DNA of 41,921 nucleotides from Clostridiales bacterium (GCA_019418525.1 DYBS01000002.1:1-41921); one strand, 5' to 3'; shown: positions 28,909 to 38,961, counted from the first letter of the stretch. The notes: generated by a model not told the origin, from the letters alone. A program made the numbers and translations.

Positions 28909-31230
28909 TTAGGTACGGATGAGCAGAGTGGTGCGGAAGGTGAGCCCGTCGTAGCTGCCGAAGAGGAGGAGCTGGTTGCCGATCTCCAGATCAGACAGAT
29001 TCAGGCTCCCGCCGCTGGCGGAGCGAAGCTCGGCACCGTTGACGCTCACGGTCACGGCATTGGTGACGCCGTTGGCGTCGGTGGTCTGGATCAGGATCTC
29101 CTTAGCGCTGGTGTTCACATAGAGCACGGTGCCGGTGAGCTGGTTGGCCGACTGGGTGTTCTTGTCCACCTCGATGGACAGGACCTGGTCGCCGTCCACC
29201 ACCATAGAGATCTTATAGCCGGGCTTCAGAGAGCTGATGGCCACGGCCTTGCCATCCTGGGTGACGCTGACTCCCTCGGTGACGAGATACGAGGCGGTGC
29301 CGCCGCCGGTGAGCTCCACGGTGATGGTGGTGCCCTTGGTGTCCATGGTGACGCTGCTGATGGTGCCGGAGGCATTGGCGCTCTGGGCCTCGGCCTCGAT
29401 GGCGCTGACCTCGTTGTAGCGCACGGTGAGCTCCACCAGGTCCCCGTTTTTCAGCCGGTCGATGGTAGTGCGGGTGTCATCCCGGTAGATCTCCGGGGGA
29501 TCACTCAGGTCCAGCTCATAGCTGACGTCGGTCCCGTCCTCCCGGGTGATGGTGAGGATGGTGGGAATGCCGTAGGTGATGGAGGAGATAGTGCCCCGGT
29601 CATAGGTGGAGCCGGGATAGGCGTAGATGGCGGAGACCTCGGTGCCGGTCAGCTTCAGGGTGGCGAACCAGCCCTTCTCCAGCTTGGTCATACCGATGGC
29701 CTGGTCGTTATAGCGGATGTCGCAGCCGCTGGCGATGGTATAGGTGACGGTCTTGTTGCTCGTGAGCTCGGTGACGGTGATCTTGCTGGGGCTCTGGGCG
29801 TAGCTGACTCCCTTGATAGAGGCCTGAACATACTGCTGCTTGGTGTCCACGTCCACGGCGGTCACCTTTTCCCCGTCGTCGTTGGAGATGCGCAGGGTGA
29901 CATAGTCCCCCACATGGGTGGCGCTGAGCTTGCCGGTGGTACCGTTCACCGTGACGGCCGTCCCGGTGGGGATGTCATAGCGGGTCTTGACGCCGCTCAT
30001 GTCGCTGACCTGGATGGTGCCGCCGCCGCTCAGGCCCACGTCCACCGTGGCCAGCAGGCCGTTCTCCTGCCGGGTGCCGCCGGTGAGCTCCACCGCGGCC
30101 AGATGGCCCAGCTCATCCACGCGGCACACCGCGCCGGTGTAACCGGCATTTTCCTCCAGCAGCTCCATGCCGCCGGAGCGGCTGCCCACCTTCACTCCGG
30201 TGAAGCGGTCGATCCGGAGGGTGCGGCTGGTGCCGCCGGATACCACGGTGAGGTCGCCGTCCTTCAGGGCCGACACCGAGCCGCTGAACTGGGTGAGCTC
30301 ACCGCTGACCCGCACTTCAGCTCCCAGGCCGCCGCTGCTCAGGTTCACCCGGGCATAGGCGCCGGGCTTGAGGGCGCTGCCGGTGGTCCGCATATTGCTC
30401 TCGTAGATGGCCGCGCCGGCGGACAGGTTCACCGTCTTGGACCCGTCGAAGGGGGTCTCCAGGGTGAGCTGGGTGGTGCCGCCGGTGAGCACGTTCACCG
30501 AGGTGATGATGCCGCCCACCCAGTCGTAGGTGGTGCGGTTGGGCAGCTCCACCACAATGCCCTGCTCATCCATGAAGTCCATGGCTCGGCGGAGCAGGGA
30601 GGTCATAGAGGCCCGGTTCAGAGGTGCCTTGGGGTTGAAGCGGTTATACTCGTCCCCCTTGAGGATGCCGTAGGAGTTCAGGAGATAGACATAGGGCTGC
30701 ATCTCCTTGGAAATGCTGTCCTTGTCCTCAAAGCTCAGGGTGTAGGAACTCAGTCCTTCGGCCACCGGGGCGAGCTGCATAGCCCGGGCCAGGTACAGCG
30801 CCACATCTTCCCGAGGGATGGCGCTGAGCAGACCGTTGTTCTGGCTCAGCTCAGAGAGCTCCTCCGGCGTGATAATGCCCATCTCCAGACACACCGACAG
30901 GTCTGTGGCGGCCCAGGAGTACATGTCCGTTCCGATGATGCCCTTGAGGGTATCGGCCCAGTCGGTAACGATGGCCGCCTTGGTATTGGAATCCAGGGTG
31001 GCGACCCGGGCGCAGAAGAGGAGTGCCTCCACCGCGCTCATGTTGGCGTCCGGCTTAAAGCTGCCGTCATCGTAGCCCTTTACCAGCCCCAGGCCGGCCA
31101 GGTATTCCACATCCTGCTGGGCCCAGTGGCCCTTCAGATCGGTGAAGGTCACCGCGGAGACCGGGCCCGTCAGTAGGGTCAGGGTAGTGGTCAGGGCCAG
31201 CGCCGCGGCCAGCAGTCGTTTTCCTTTCAT
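28909..31230 (-). CDS. S-layer homology (SLH) domain surface protein
   Basis: Signal peptide MKGKRLLAAALAL...VSA; FTDLKGHWA..LVKGYDDGSFKPD; ILKGDEYNRFNPKAPLNRA; Thr/Gly/Val-rich beta-type C-terminus. Confidence 0.88.
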   Translation of the reverse strand: MKGKRLLAAALALTTTLTLLTGPVSAVTFTDLKGHWAQQDVEYLAGLGLVKGYDDGSFKPDANMSAVEALLFCARVATLDSNTKAAIVTDWADTLKGIIGTDMYSWAATDLSVCLEMGIITPEELSELSQNNGLLSAIPREDVALYLARAMQLAPVAEGLSSYTLSFEDKDSISKEMQPYVYLLNSYGILKGDEYNRFNPKAPLNRASMTSLLRRAMDFMDEQGIVVELPNRTTYDWVGGIITSVNVLTGGTTQLTLETPFDGSKTVNLSAGAAIYESNMRTTGSALKPGAYARVNLSSGGLGAEVRVSGELTQFSGSVSALKDGDLTVVSGGTSRTLRIDRFTGVKVGSRSGGMELLEENAGYTGAVCRVDELGHLAAVELTGGTRQENGLLATVDVGLSGGGTIQVSDMSGVKTRYDIPTGTAVTVNGTTGKLSATHVGDYVTLRISNDDGEKVTAVDVDTKQQYVQASIKGVSYAQSPSKITVTELTSNKTVTYTIASGCDIRYNDQAIGMTKLEKGWFATLKLTGTEVSAIYAYPGSTYDRGTISSITYGIPTILTITREDGTDVSYELDLSDPPEIYRDDTRTTIDRLKNGDLVELTVRYNEVSAIEAEAQSANASGTISSVTMDTKGTTITVELTGGGTASYLVTEGVSVTQDGKAVAISSLKPGYKISMVVDGDQVLSIEVDKNTQSANQLTGTVLYVNTSAKEILIQTTDANGVTNAVTVSVNGAELRSASGGSLNLSDLEIGNQLLLFGSYDGLTFRTTLLIRT

Positions 31231-31266
31231 AGTTGCACCTCCGTTTTCGGAAGAAATCATACTCCG

Positions 31267-31295
31267 ATTATAGCGGTTTCCCCTGGAAAAAGCAA
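31267..31295 (-). promoter_or_regulatory. Promoter for the SLH gene
   Basis: TTGCTT-17 nt-TATAAT. Confidence 0.65.
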
Positions 31296-31341
31296 CCTCC
31301 CCACGGTACTTTGCCGTCCGGCTCTACGGCCACTTTTTTCC

Positions 31342-31369
31342 TTGTCACTCTTTACAGGTATGTTATAAT
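31342..31369 (+). promoter_or_regulatory. Promoter for the GGDEF/EAL gene
   Basis: TTGTCA-16 nt-TATAAT with extended TGn. Confidence 0.65.
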
Positions 31370-31435
31370 GGTTTTGTTCCATACCTGTCCCCGAATGTGT
31401 CCATTTTGTCGGGCCACATCGACCGGAGGCTGCCA

Positions 31436-33682
31436 ATGTTTCATCTTCCCCGCTCCAAATTCAACTGGACCACGGCCTTTCTGGTTCTGTTTACCCTGCT
31501 CTGCCTGGTCCTCAGCAGTATTACCGTGCTGTGTCTGCTCTCCCTGCTGCGCTCAGACGCCGCAGAGAGCCTCTCCAGCGCCTCCTCCAACGGCGCATAC
31601 CGGGTGGACCGCCAGCTCCAGCAGAACTTTTCCGACCTGGGACTCACCGCCTCGATCTGCGCCTCCATGCCGGATGATGCGGCCCGTCTCGCCCACCTGG
31701 GTGCCCTTACCGAGGAAAACAACCCCTCCGGCCTGGGGCTGTTTACCGGCCAGGGCGAGGTAGCGTTCCCGGACGGCTCCCAGACCATCCTGTCCGGGGC
31801 CTTGCGCAAGGCCGCGGGCAGCGGTGTACCCCAGGCGCTCTTTTCCGATGACCTCTCGGATCGCAATGAGGTGGAGCTGGTGTATCTCTTCCCCTTCTCC
31901 TCCGATCCCATCTCCGGTGTACTCTGGCACGGCAAGGTGACTCTTCCCCTTCAGCTCCCCGCCCCTGCGCCCGGTTTTTCCAATCCCCCGCTCATCGTGG
32001 ACCAGAGCGGACAGATCCTCTATTCCACGGATTCCCCCTTCTTTGCCTCCAACCTCTTTACCGCTCTGTCCCAGGAGTGTACGGTCTCCGGCCTGTCTCT
32101 GGACCAGATGGCCGCCGACATGGCCGCCGGGTCGGCCGGGTTCTTTTCCCTGCGGATGGACGGGCGGCGTATGGCTCTGGCCTACGCACCACTAAGTGTA
32201 GAGGGCTGGTACCTCATTACCTCCATGGATCTGGTGGCCAACCAGACCCCGCTCTACCTGGCCCTGTGGGTGACCGTTCTGGGGGATATTCTTCTACTGG
32301 GTGCCTTTCTTTTCCTGTTTCTTCACGCCCGCCGCAGCCAGCAGCGCAGCGTGCGCCTGCTGGAGAAGGCCGCCTTTGTGGACCCGCTCACCGGCGGGCA
32401 CAACCAGACCCGCTTCCTTCTGCTGGCCCAGGAGGCCCTGGACAGCCATCCACCGGGCACCTACGCCCTGGTCTCCTGTGACATCCAGGCCTTTTCCCTG
32501 GTCAACCGCTCCTTCGGCAAGCCCGCGGGTGATCGGGTCCTCTACCATCTCCACCGCTGTCTGCACCAGCGCCTGCGCTCTGATGAGCTGGTGGGCCGGG
32601 TGGCCCAGGATCAGTTTTTCCTGCTTCTTCGGCTGGAGAGTCAACTGGACATGTGCAGCCGGCTGGCCGATATGGCCCGCTCGTTCAACGCCTACAACGA
32701 CCAGCTCCACACTCCCTATTACCTGCCCCTGGCCATGGGGGTCTGTCCCTCTGACCCGGAGGACCCCGTCACCCTCTCCGAGCTGTGCGACCGGGCTAAT
32801 CTGGCACGCAAGCGGGCCAAAGGTCTGGCTAATGCGGATAGTGAGAATCAGCTGTGCTCCTGCTCCTTCTACCAGCCTGCCGACCAGCAGCGCCTGCTGC
32901 TGAGCCAGAGCATCTACAACCGCATGAATCTGGCTCTGGAACAGGGGGATTTCAAGGTCTATCTCCAGCCCAAGGTCTCCCTGAGCACCCGGAAAGTGGT
33001 GGGGGCTGAGGCCCTGGTGCGCTGGTACGACCCAGAGCAAGGCTTTGTGGAGCCCGATGTGTTCATCCCCGTGCTGGAGCGCAATGGCTTCATTACCCAG
33101 CTGGATGCCTACATGTTTGAACAGAGCTGCATCCTCCTGCGCCGTTGGCTGGATCTGGGACTGGAGCCGGTGTCCATCTCGGTGAACTACTCCCGGGCCA
33201 ACCTCCGGCACAACGCTCTGCCTCGGTTCTGCCGGCTCCAGCAGCAGTGGAAGGTCCCGCCGGAGCTGCTGGAATTTGAATTTACAGAAACGCTGGTGGG
33301 CGAGAACCCCGCCTATTTCGCCGATCTGGTGGAAAAGATACACGAGGCGGGTTTCCGCTGTTCCATGGACGACTTCGGCAGCGGCTACTCCTCCCTGCAC
33401 ATGCTCCAGCAGGTCCCGGTGGACGTACTCAAGCTGGATAAGTCCCTCTTCGACGGCCTGCTGAACGACACCGAGCGGGAGCGGACCCGGTGCGTGGTGC
33501 AGTCGGTGCTGGAGATGGCCCACCACCTGGGTATCACCACCGTAGCTGAGGGCATCTCCGACGAGGTGCAGCTCTCCGCCCTGGAGGGCCTGCCCTGTGA
33601 TCTGGTCCAGGGCTACTATTTCTCCCCCCCTCTCCCCGCGGAGGAATTTCAGGCCTCCTTCCTTCACCCCCGTGAGCCATAA
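31436..33682 (+). CDS. Membrane sensor with degenerate GGDEF and intact EAL domain (probable c-di-GMP phosphodiesterase)
   Basis: Two TM segments flanking a Cache-like region; DPLTG..N with RVAQDQF in place of GGDEF; EALVRW, DDFGSGYSS, LKLDKS, AEG, QGYY. Confidence 0.88.
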   Translation: MFHLPRSKFNWTTAFLVLFTLLCLVLSSITVLCLLSLLRSDAAESLSSASSNGAYRVDRQLQQNFSDLGLTASICASMPDDAARLAHLGALTEENNPSGLGLFTGQGEVAFPDGSQTILSGALRKAAGSGVPQALFSDDLSDRNEVELVYLFPFSSDPISGVLWHGKVTLPLQLPAPAPGFSNPPLIVDQSGQILYSTDSPFFASNLFTALSQECTVSGLSLDQMAADMAAGSAGFFSLRMDGRRMALAYAPLSVEGWYLITSMDLVANQTPLYLALWVTVLGDILLLGAFLFLFLHARRSQQRSVRLLEKAAFVDPLTGGHNQTRFLLLAQEALDSHPPGTYALVSCDIQAFSLVNRSFGKPAGDRVLYHLHRCLHQRLRSDELVGRVAQDQFFLLLRLESQLDMCSRLADMARSFNAYNDQLHTPYYLPLAMGVCPSDPEDPVTLSELCDRANLARKRAKGLANADSENQLCSCSFYQPADQQRLLLSQSIYNRMNLALEQGDFKVYLQPKVSLSTRKVVGAEALVRWYDPEQGFVEPDVFIPVLERNGFITQLDAYMFEQSCILLRRWLDLGLEPVSISVNYSRANLRHNALPRFCRLQQQWKVPPELLEFEFTETLVGENPAYFADLVEKIHEAGFRCSMDDFGSGYSSLHMLQQVPVDVLKLDKSLFDGLLNDTERERTRCVVQSVLEMAHHLGITTVAEGISDEVQLSALEGLPCDLVQGYYFSPPLPAEEFQASFLHPREP

Positions 33683-33722
33683 AAAGGGCCGGGTGATCGG
33701 TAACGATCACCCGGCCCTTTTT
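33681..33722. terminator. Bidirectional terminator
   Basis: AAAAAGGGCCGGGTGATCG-GTAA-CGATCACCCGGCCCTTTTT between convergent genes. Confidence 0.9.
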
Positions 33723-33728
33723 CCTCCA

Positions 33729-34232
33729 TCAGAAGGCGTTGAGCGGGATAGAGCCGTCGTCAGCGGCTTTCTCGATGGCGCGGATGACCACGTCATAGCC
33801 GTAGTCATCATTCACCTGGATATGGACACGCTCCCCCACTTTCTTTCCCAGCACCGCCCGGCCCACCGGGGATTCCTTGCTGATGAGCCCGTGGAGGGCG
33901 TCCTGGCGCATGGTAGTGACGATCTGGTAGGTTTCCTCCTCGTCGTCCTCCTCCACATACACCGTCACCTTGTCGTAGAGATTCACCGCGTCGGCCGCCC
34001 CCTGGTCCGAGATGACCACGGCGGTACGGATCATGTTGTCCAGAAAGCGGATACGGCTCTCGTTGCGGTTTTTCTCCTGCTTGGCGGCCTTGTACTCGAA
34101 ATTCTCGCTCAGGTCACCAAAGCCCCGGGCCTCCTTCACCGCCTCCAAAAGCTGAGGGCGCAGCTTGGTACGGCGGTACTCCAGCTCCTCCTTCATCATC
34201 TGGATGTCCTTGCGCGTCAGTTCGTTGTGCAT
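33729..34232 (-). CDS. greA: Transcription elongation factor GreA-family protein
   Basis: EARGFGDLSENFEYKAAK, ISKESPVGRAVLG. Confidence 0.9.
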   Translation of the reverse strand: MHNELTRKDIQMMKEELEYRRTKLRPQLLEAVKEARGFGDLSENFEYKAAKQEKNRNESRIRFLDNMIRTAVVISDQGAADAVNLYDKVTVYVEEDDEEETYQIVTTMRQDALHGLISKESPVGRAVLGKKVGERVHIQVNDDYGYDVVIRAIEKAADDGSIPLNAF

Positions 34233-34258
34233 GATATCTCCTCACTTTTCCGGGATGC

Positions 34259-34295
34259 AAAAAAGCGCCGCCTGCCCTCCGGCAGGCGGCGGCGC
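34259..34295 (-). terminator. Terminator between the small ORF and greA
   Basis: CGCCGCCTGCC-GGAG-GGCAGGCGGCG-C-TTTTTT. Confidence 0.8.
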
Positions 34296-34299
34296 GTTC

Positions 34300-34488
34300 T
34301 CAGTCATCCCAGTCCGCGTAGTCGTCATATTCCGAGTGGCAGCAGCAGCAGCCTCCCCCGGGCAGCTTCTCCGCCGCGCCGCGGAAGAAGGACGCGATCT
34401 TGTCCCAATAGGCGATGATGCAGCAGACGCCGGCGGCAACCGTCAGGGAAAGGGCCACGATTTTCAGCACGAAACGGGCGATTTTCAT
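34300..34488 (-). CDS. Small hypothetical membrane protein (62 aa) with CCCCH and acidic tail
   Basis: AAGGAGG SD; own promoter TTGTAA-17-TAGACT (34523-34551); one TM helix; ends GCCCCHSEYDDYADWDD. Confidence 0.7.
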   Translation of the reverse strand: MKIARFVLKIVALSLTVAAGVCCIIAYWDKIASFFRGAAEKLPGGGCCCCHSEYDDYADWDD

Positions 34489-34573
34489 ATCCCGTCGCCT
34501 CCTTACCAAAAATGATATCTCTAGTCTACACGGTTTCCGGCCAAATTACAATCATTATCTGAAAGTTTTTCCC

Positions 34574-34602
34574 TTGTAGTTTACCCCCAAATAGAATATA
34601 AT
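34574..34602 (+). promoter_or_regulatory. Promoter for asp23-fakA
   Basis: TTGTAG-17 nt-TATAAT. Confidence 0.65.
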
Positions 34603-34672
34603 ATTAGAATGAATAACCGTATACGCGCATGCGTTCCATCATACTTTCAGGACAGAAAGGAAGGGTCCTTTT

Positions 34673-35023
34673 ATGAAGCTGCAGACCGAAAAGGGTGAGA
34701 TCCGCATCAGCAGCGAGGTCTTTACCTATATCACCGGCGCCGCGGCCACCAACTGTTACGGGGTCAAGGGTATGGCCATTCGCTCCAAGACTGACGGCCT
34801 GGTCCATCTGCTCCGCCGGGAATCCATGTCCAAGGGCGTCAAGGTCATCTATAACGACGACGACACCGTCTCCATCCAGCTCCACATCATTGTGGACAAC
34901 GGGGTCAACCTCATGGCCGTCAGCCGCTCTATCATGAGCGAGGTGCGCTACATCGTCAGCCGCACCACCGGCGTGGAAGTCAAAAGCGTGGACGTCTGCA
35001 TCGACTCTATGGTCATCGGCTAA
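34673..35023 (+). CDS. Asp23/Gls24 family protein (YloU-like)
   Basis: GAAATNCYGVKGMA...LLRRESMSKGV; upstream of the DAK2 gene as in yloU-yloV. Confidence 0.9.
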   Translation: MKLQTEKGEIRISSEVFTYITGAAATNCYGVKGMAIRSKTDGLVHLLRRESMSKGVKVIYNDDDTVSIQLHIIVDNGVNLMAVSRSIMSEVRYIVSRTTGVEVKSVDVCIDSMVIG

Positions 35024-35053
35024 GGCCCATCACCGACAGAAAGGAACAGGGAC

Positions 35054-36733
35054 ATGAGAGAAAGCATCGACGGGGCGCTGTTCGCCAGGATGATTGTCCA
35101 CGCCTCCGCTTCTATCAACAGTCAGAAACAGCAGATCAACGAGCTCAACGTATTTCCGGTGCCCGACGGCGATACGGGTACCAATATGGGCATGACCATC
35201 TCCACCGCGGCCACCGAGCTGCGCAAGAAGCCCAGCGCTTCGGTGGGTGAGGCCGCCAACACCAACGCCTCCGCCCTGCTGCGGGGGGCCCGGGGCAACT
35301 CCGGGGTCATCCTCTCCCTCCTCTTCCGGGGCTTTGCCAAAGCCGTGAAGGACAAGGAGAGCATTGACGGCCGGGACCTGGCCATCGCCCTGGACTACGG
35401 CGTGGCCGCCGCCTACAAGGCCGTCATGAAGCCCGCCGAGGGCACCATCCTCACCGTCTCCCGCCTGGCCGCCGCCCAGGCCGCCGCCGCCGCCCGGGAA
35501 AATCCCGCCATCGAGCACGTGCTGGAGGCCGCCATCCAGGAGGGCCACGTGGCCCTGGCCGACACCGTGAACCAGAACCCGGTCCTCAAGAAGGCCGGCG
35601 TGGTGGACGCCGGCGGGAAGGGCTTTCTGGTCATTCTCCAGGGGATGCTGGACGAGCTGCGGGGCCTCCCCATGCCGGAGGACGGCGACAGCGACGTGCA
35701 GGAGAAGGCGGACTTTGCCTCCCTCACCGACGAGGAGATCACCTTCACCTTTGACACCGTGTTCATCGTGCGCAAGACCGTGAACAAGCCCCTGGAGGCC
35801 TTCCGCACCTACCTCAACAGCATCGGCGACAGCCTGGTCATCGGCGAGGACGATGAGGCCTTCAAGGTCCACGTCCATACCGACATCCCCGGCGCCGCCC
35901 TCACCGAGGCCCAGAAGTACGGCACTCTGGAGCTGGCCAAGATCGAGAACATGCGCACTCAGTATGAGGACATGGCCGCCGGCAAGAAGCCCCAGAGCAC
36001 CGACGATCTGGATATGGAGGAGGCCGCCGCCCCCGCTGCGCCCGAACAGCCCGCCGGTCCCGCCGCGCCGGAGAAGAAGTACGGCGTGGTGGCCGTCTGC
36101 GCCGGCTCTGGCCTGGCCGACGTGTTCCGCGACTTGGGCGCCGACGGCATCATCTCCGGTGGCCAGACCATGAACCCCTCCACTGACGACATCATGAAGG
36201 AGATCGACCGCACCCCCGCCGAGGTGGTGTTCGTCCTCCCCAACAACGGCAACATCATCATGGCCGCCCAGCAGTGCATCCCCCTGGCCGAGGGCAAGAA
36301 GGTGGTGGTCCTCCCCACCAAGACCGTGCCCCAGGGTATTTCCGCTCTGATGGTGCTGGATCTGGACGCCTCCGAGGAGGACAATGTGGCCGCCATGACC
36401 GAGGCCATCAGCCACGTGGCCACCAGCGAGATCACCTATGCCGCCCGGGACTCCGACTTTGACGGCTTCGCCATCAAGCAGGGGGATTACCTGGCTCTGG
36501 TCGAGCACCAGCTCTTCGGCACCGACCGGGACCTGTCCGCCCTGCTGGACCGCCTGGCCCGGGCCGAAGCCCAGCAGAGCGCCGAATTCATCACCATCTT
36601 CTACGGAGAGGATGTGGACGAGGAACAGGCTCAGACCGCTCTGGGCATCTTCCAGGCCGCCTGCCCCAACGCCGAGATCACCCTGCTCTCCGGCGGACAG
36701 CCTGTGTACTACTATCTCATCTCCGCTGAGTAA
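35054..36733 (+). CDS. fakA: DAK2-domain fatty acid kinase subunit A (YloV/FakA)
   Basis: LNVFPVPDGDTGTNM, GARGNSGVILS, KPAEGTILTV, KVHVHT, GGQTMNPS, GGQPVYYY. Confidence 0.93.
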   Translation: MRESIDGALFARMIVHASASINSQKQQINELNVFPVPDGDTGTNMGMTISTAATELRKKPSASVGEAANTNASALLRGARGNSGVILSLLFRGFAKAVKDKESIDGRDLAIALDYGVAAAYKAVMKPAEGTILTVSRLAAAQAAAAARENPAIEHVLEAAIQEGHVALADTVNQNPVLKKAGVVDAGGKGFLVILQGMLDELRGLPMPEDGDSDVQEKADFASLTDEEITFTFDTVFIVRKTVNKPLEAFRTYLNSIGDSLVIGEDDEAFKVHVHTDIPGAALTEAQKYGTLELAKIENMRTQYEDMAAGKKPQSTDDLDMEEAAAPAAPEQPAGPAAPEKKYGVVAVCAGSGLADVFRDLGADGIISGGQTMNPSTDDIMKEIDRTPAEVVFVLPNNGNIIMAAQQCIPLAEGKKVVVLPTKTVPQGISALMVLDLDASEEDNVAAMTEAISHVATSEITYAARDSDFDGFAIKQGDYLALVEHQLFGTDRDLSALLDRLARAEAQQSAEFITIFYGEDVDEEQAQTALGIFQAACPNAEITLLSGGQPVYYYLISAE

Positions 36734-36743
36734 TTTTGTGTTG

Positions 36744-36779
36744 AAAAATGCCGCTCTGTGTTCACAGAGCGGCATTTTT
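36744..36779 (+). terminator. Intrinsic terminator after fakA
   Basis: AAAAATGCCGCTCTGTG/CACAGAGCGGCATTTTT inverted repeat. Confidence 0.85.
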
Positions 36780-36804
36780 ATACCATTTTCTGGAGGTGTT
36801 GACC

Positions 36805-37344
36805 ATGCAGGCCAGCCAAATGACCCGCCTGAGCCGGCGGCTTTCCTACCTGCTGCGCCACAGTACCCAGTACATCGACGGCCACGGCTGGGCCCGGGTG
36901 GAGGACATCCTCTCCGCCCTGGGGGAGCGCTGTCCCGGCTTTTCTATGGAGGATCTGGAGGAGATCGTCCGCACCGACTCCAAGGGCCGCTACTCCTTCG
37001 ACGGGGACCACCGCCGCATCCGGGCCAACCAGGGCCACTCGGTGCCGGTGGACGTGGAGCTGGAGGAGCTCTCTCCCCCGGAGGTGCTCTACCACGGCAC
37101 CGCCACCCGCTTTCTGGACCGCATCTTCCAGGAGGGCCTGATGCCCATGACCCGACTTTACTGCCACCTCTCCGCCGACATTGATACCGCCCGGACGGTG
37201 GGGACCCGCCACGGCAGGCCCGCGGTACTCCGGGTGAACGCCGCCGCCATGGCCCGGGACGGCCACATTTTCTACCGCTCGGAAAACGGCGTGTGGCTCA
37301 CCGACTCCGTTCCCCCCATCTACCTGACCCGGATCGATGTATAA
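36805..37344 (+). CDS. kptA: RNA 2'-phosphotransferase (Tpt1/KptA family)
   Basis: LSYLLRH, KGRY, IRANQGHS, LYHGT, HLS, NGVWL; GGAGG SD. Confidence 0.92.
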   Translation: MQASQMTRLSRRLSYLLRHSTQYIDGHGWARVEDILSALGERCPGFSMEDLEEIVRTDSKGRYSFDGDHRRIRANQGHSVPVDVELEELSPPEVLYHGTATRFLDRIFQEGLMPMTRLYCHLSADIDTARTVGTRHGRPAVLRVNAAAMARDGHIFYRSENGVWLTDSVPPIYLTRIDV

Positions 37345-37379
37345 AAAAACGGCCCGCATCCAATGTGGATGCGGGCCGT
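37343..37379 (-). terminator. Terminator of the amino acid ABC operon
   Basis: ACGGCCCGCATCCA-CAT-TGGATGCGGGCCGT followed by a T run. Confidence 0.85.
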
Positions 37380-37386
37380 ACTCGTC

Positions 37387-38109
37387 TTACAGCACTTTGG
37401 AGAGGAAGTCGATGGTACGCTGCTCCTTGGGGTTTGCAAAGAAGGCGTGGGGCTCGTTCTGCTCCAGGATGTGGCCGCCGTCCATGAAGAGGACCCGGCT
37501 GCCCACCTCCCGGGCGAAGCCCATCTCGTGGGTGACCACCACCATGGTCATGCCCTCGTCGGCCAGCTGCTTCATGACCTCCAGCACCTCGCCCACCATC
37601 TCGGGGTCCAGGGCGGAGGTGGGCTCATCAAAGAGCATGACCTTGGGCTTCATGGCCAGGGCCCGCACAATGGCGATGCGCTGCTTCTGGCCGCCGGAGA
37701 GCTGGGCGGGATAGGCGTCGGCCTTCTCCTCCAGGCCCACCCGCTTCAGAAGGGCGGTGGCGGTGTCGTCGGCCTCGGCCTGGCTCATCAGCTTGGTGCG
37801 CACGGGGGCCAGAGTGATGTTCTTCCGGATGGTCATGTTGGGGAAAAGGTTGAAGTGCTGGAACACCATGCCCATCTGCTGGCGGATCTTGTCGATGTTG
37901 GCCTTGGGGGAGGTAACCTCCTGGCCGTCGAAGGTGATGGTGCCCTTGGTGGGAGTCTCCAGCAGGTTGAGGCAGCGCAGGAAGGTGGACTTGCCTGAGC
38001 CGGAGGGCCCGATCACGACGACCTTCTCACCGGGGTAGATGTGCTCGGAGATGTCGTCCAGCACCAGGTGGTCGCCGAAGGACTTGCTCAGGTTCTTAAC
38101 GTCGATCAC
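37387..38109 (-). CDS. Polar amino acid ABC transporter ATPase (GlnQ/ArtR family)
   Basis: [37 protein letters not shown]. Confidence 0.95.
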   Translation of the reverse strand: MIDVKNLSKSFGDHLVLDDISEHIYPGEKVVVIGPSGSGKSTFLRCLNLLETPTKGTITFDGQEVTSPKANIDKIRQQMGMVFQHFNLFPNMTIRKNITLAPVRTKLMSQAEADDTATALLKRVGLEEKADAYPAQLSGGQKQRIAIVRALAMKPKVMLFDEPTSALDPEMVGEVLEVMKQLADEGMTMVVVTHEMGFAREVGSRVLFMDGGHILEQNEPHAFFANPKEQRTIDFLSKVL

Positions 38110-38875
38110 TTTGACGCAGCCTCCTTTCCAGCTTGCCCTGGAGCCAGGTGAAGATCATCACCAGCACCAGATACATGACGGCCACGCCCAGATAGGGGAA
38201 CATGACGCTGTACGTCTTGGCACCCACCGCCTGGGCGGCGTAGAGCAGCTCCTTGCCGCCGATGGTGGTGATGAGGGCGGTATCCTTGAACAGGGTGATG
38301 AACTCATTGCCCAGAGCCGGCAGAATGTTCTTAAACGCCTGGGGGATGATGATGAAGCGCATGGTGTCCACATAGTTGAGGCCCAGGGAGCGCCCCGCCT
38401 CGTTCTGGCCCGCGTCCACGCTCATCAGGCCGCCGCGGACGATCTCCGCCACGTAGGCGCCCGAGTTGATGCCCAGGGCGATGGTGCCGATGATGGTGAA
38501 GTCACGGCTGCTGGCAAAGATGATGCTGCCCATGATGAGCATCTGCACGATCATGGGGGTGCCGCGGATGACCGTGGTGTAGACCTTGCACACCACATTC
38601 AGGATACCCAGGACGAAATTGCGGTGGCCGGGGCGCTGCTGGTCATGGGCGGTGCGCACCACGGCCACCAGGACGCCCAGCACCACGCCCATCAGCAAGG
38701 CCAGCACCGTGACCTCCAGAGTGGTCAGCACGCCGGAAAGATAGAGCTTCCAGCGGTCTCCGTCCACAAAGGCCTTATAAAAACCGACAAACAGATCCTG
38801 CCACCAGGGCAGGTCCACCCGATCGGCCAGCTGCGCGCTCAGGTCAGCATAGAGCTGTGCCCAGTTCACGGACAT
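38096..38875 (-). CDS. Polar amino acid ABC transporter permease
   Basis: [44 protein letters not shown]. Confidence 0.95.
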   Translation of the reverse strand: MSVNWAQLYADLSAQLADRVDLPWWQDLFVGFYKAFVDGDRWKLYLSGVLTTLEVTVLALLMGVVLGVLVAVVRTAHDQQRPGHRNFVLGILNVVCKVYTTVIRGTPMIVQMLIMGSIIFASSRDFTIIGTIALGINSGAYVAEIVRGGLMSVDAGQNEAGRSLGLNYVDTMRFIIIPQAFKNILPALGNEFITLFKDTALITTIGGKELLYAAQAVGAKTYSVMFPYLGVAVMYLVLVMIFTWLQGKLERRLRQSDRR

Positions 38876-38961
38876 TCTCCTCTCTCTAATGTGTTTCTGT
38901 GAGGTTGGAAAAGACGCCAAAGCGGGCGGCCATGGGCCGCCCACTTAGAGGCAACAGATTT

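Noticed and set aside
31231..31435. c-di-GMP riboswitch between the SLH and GGDEF/EAL genes
   Set aside because: No GEMM-type two-hairpin tetraloop/receptor pattern is seen, and the predicted 5' UTRs are short.
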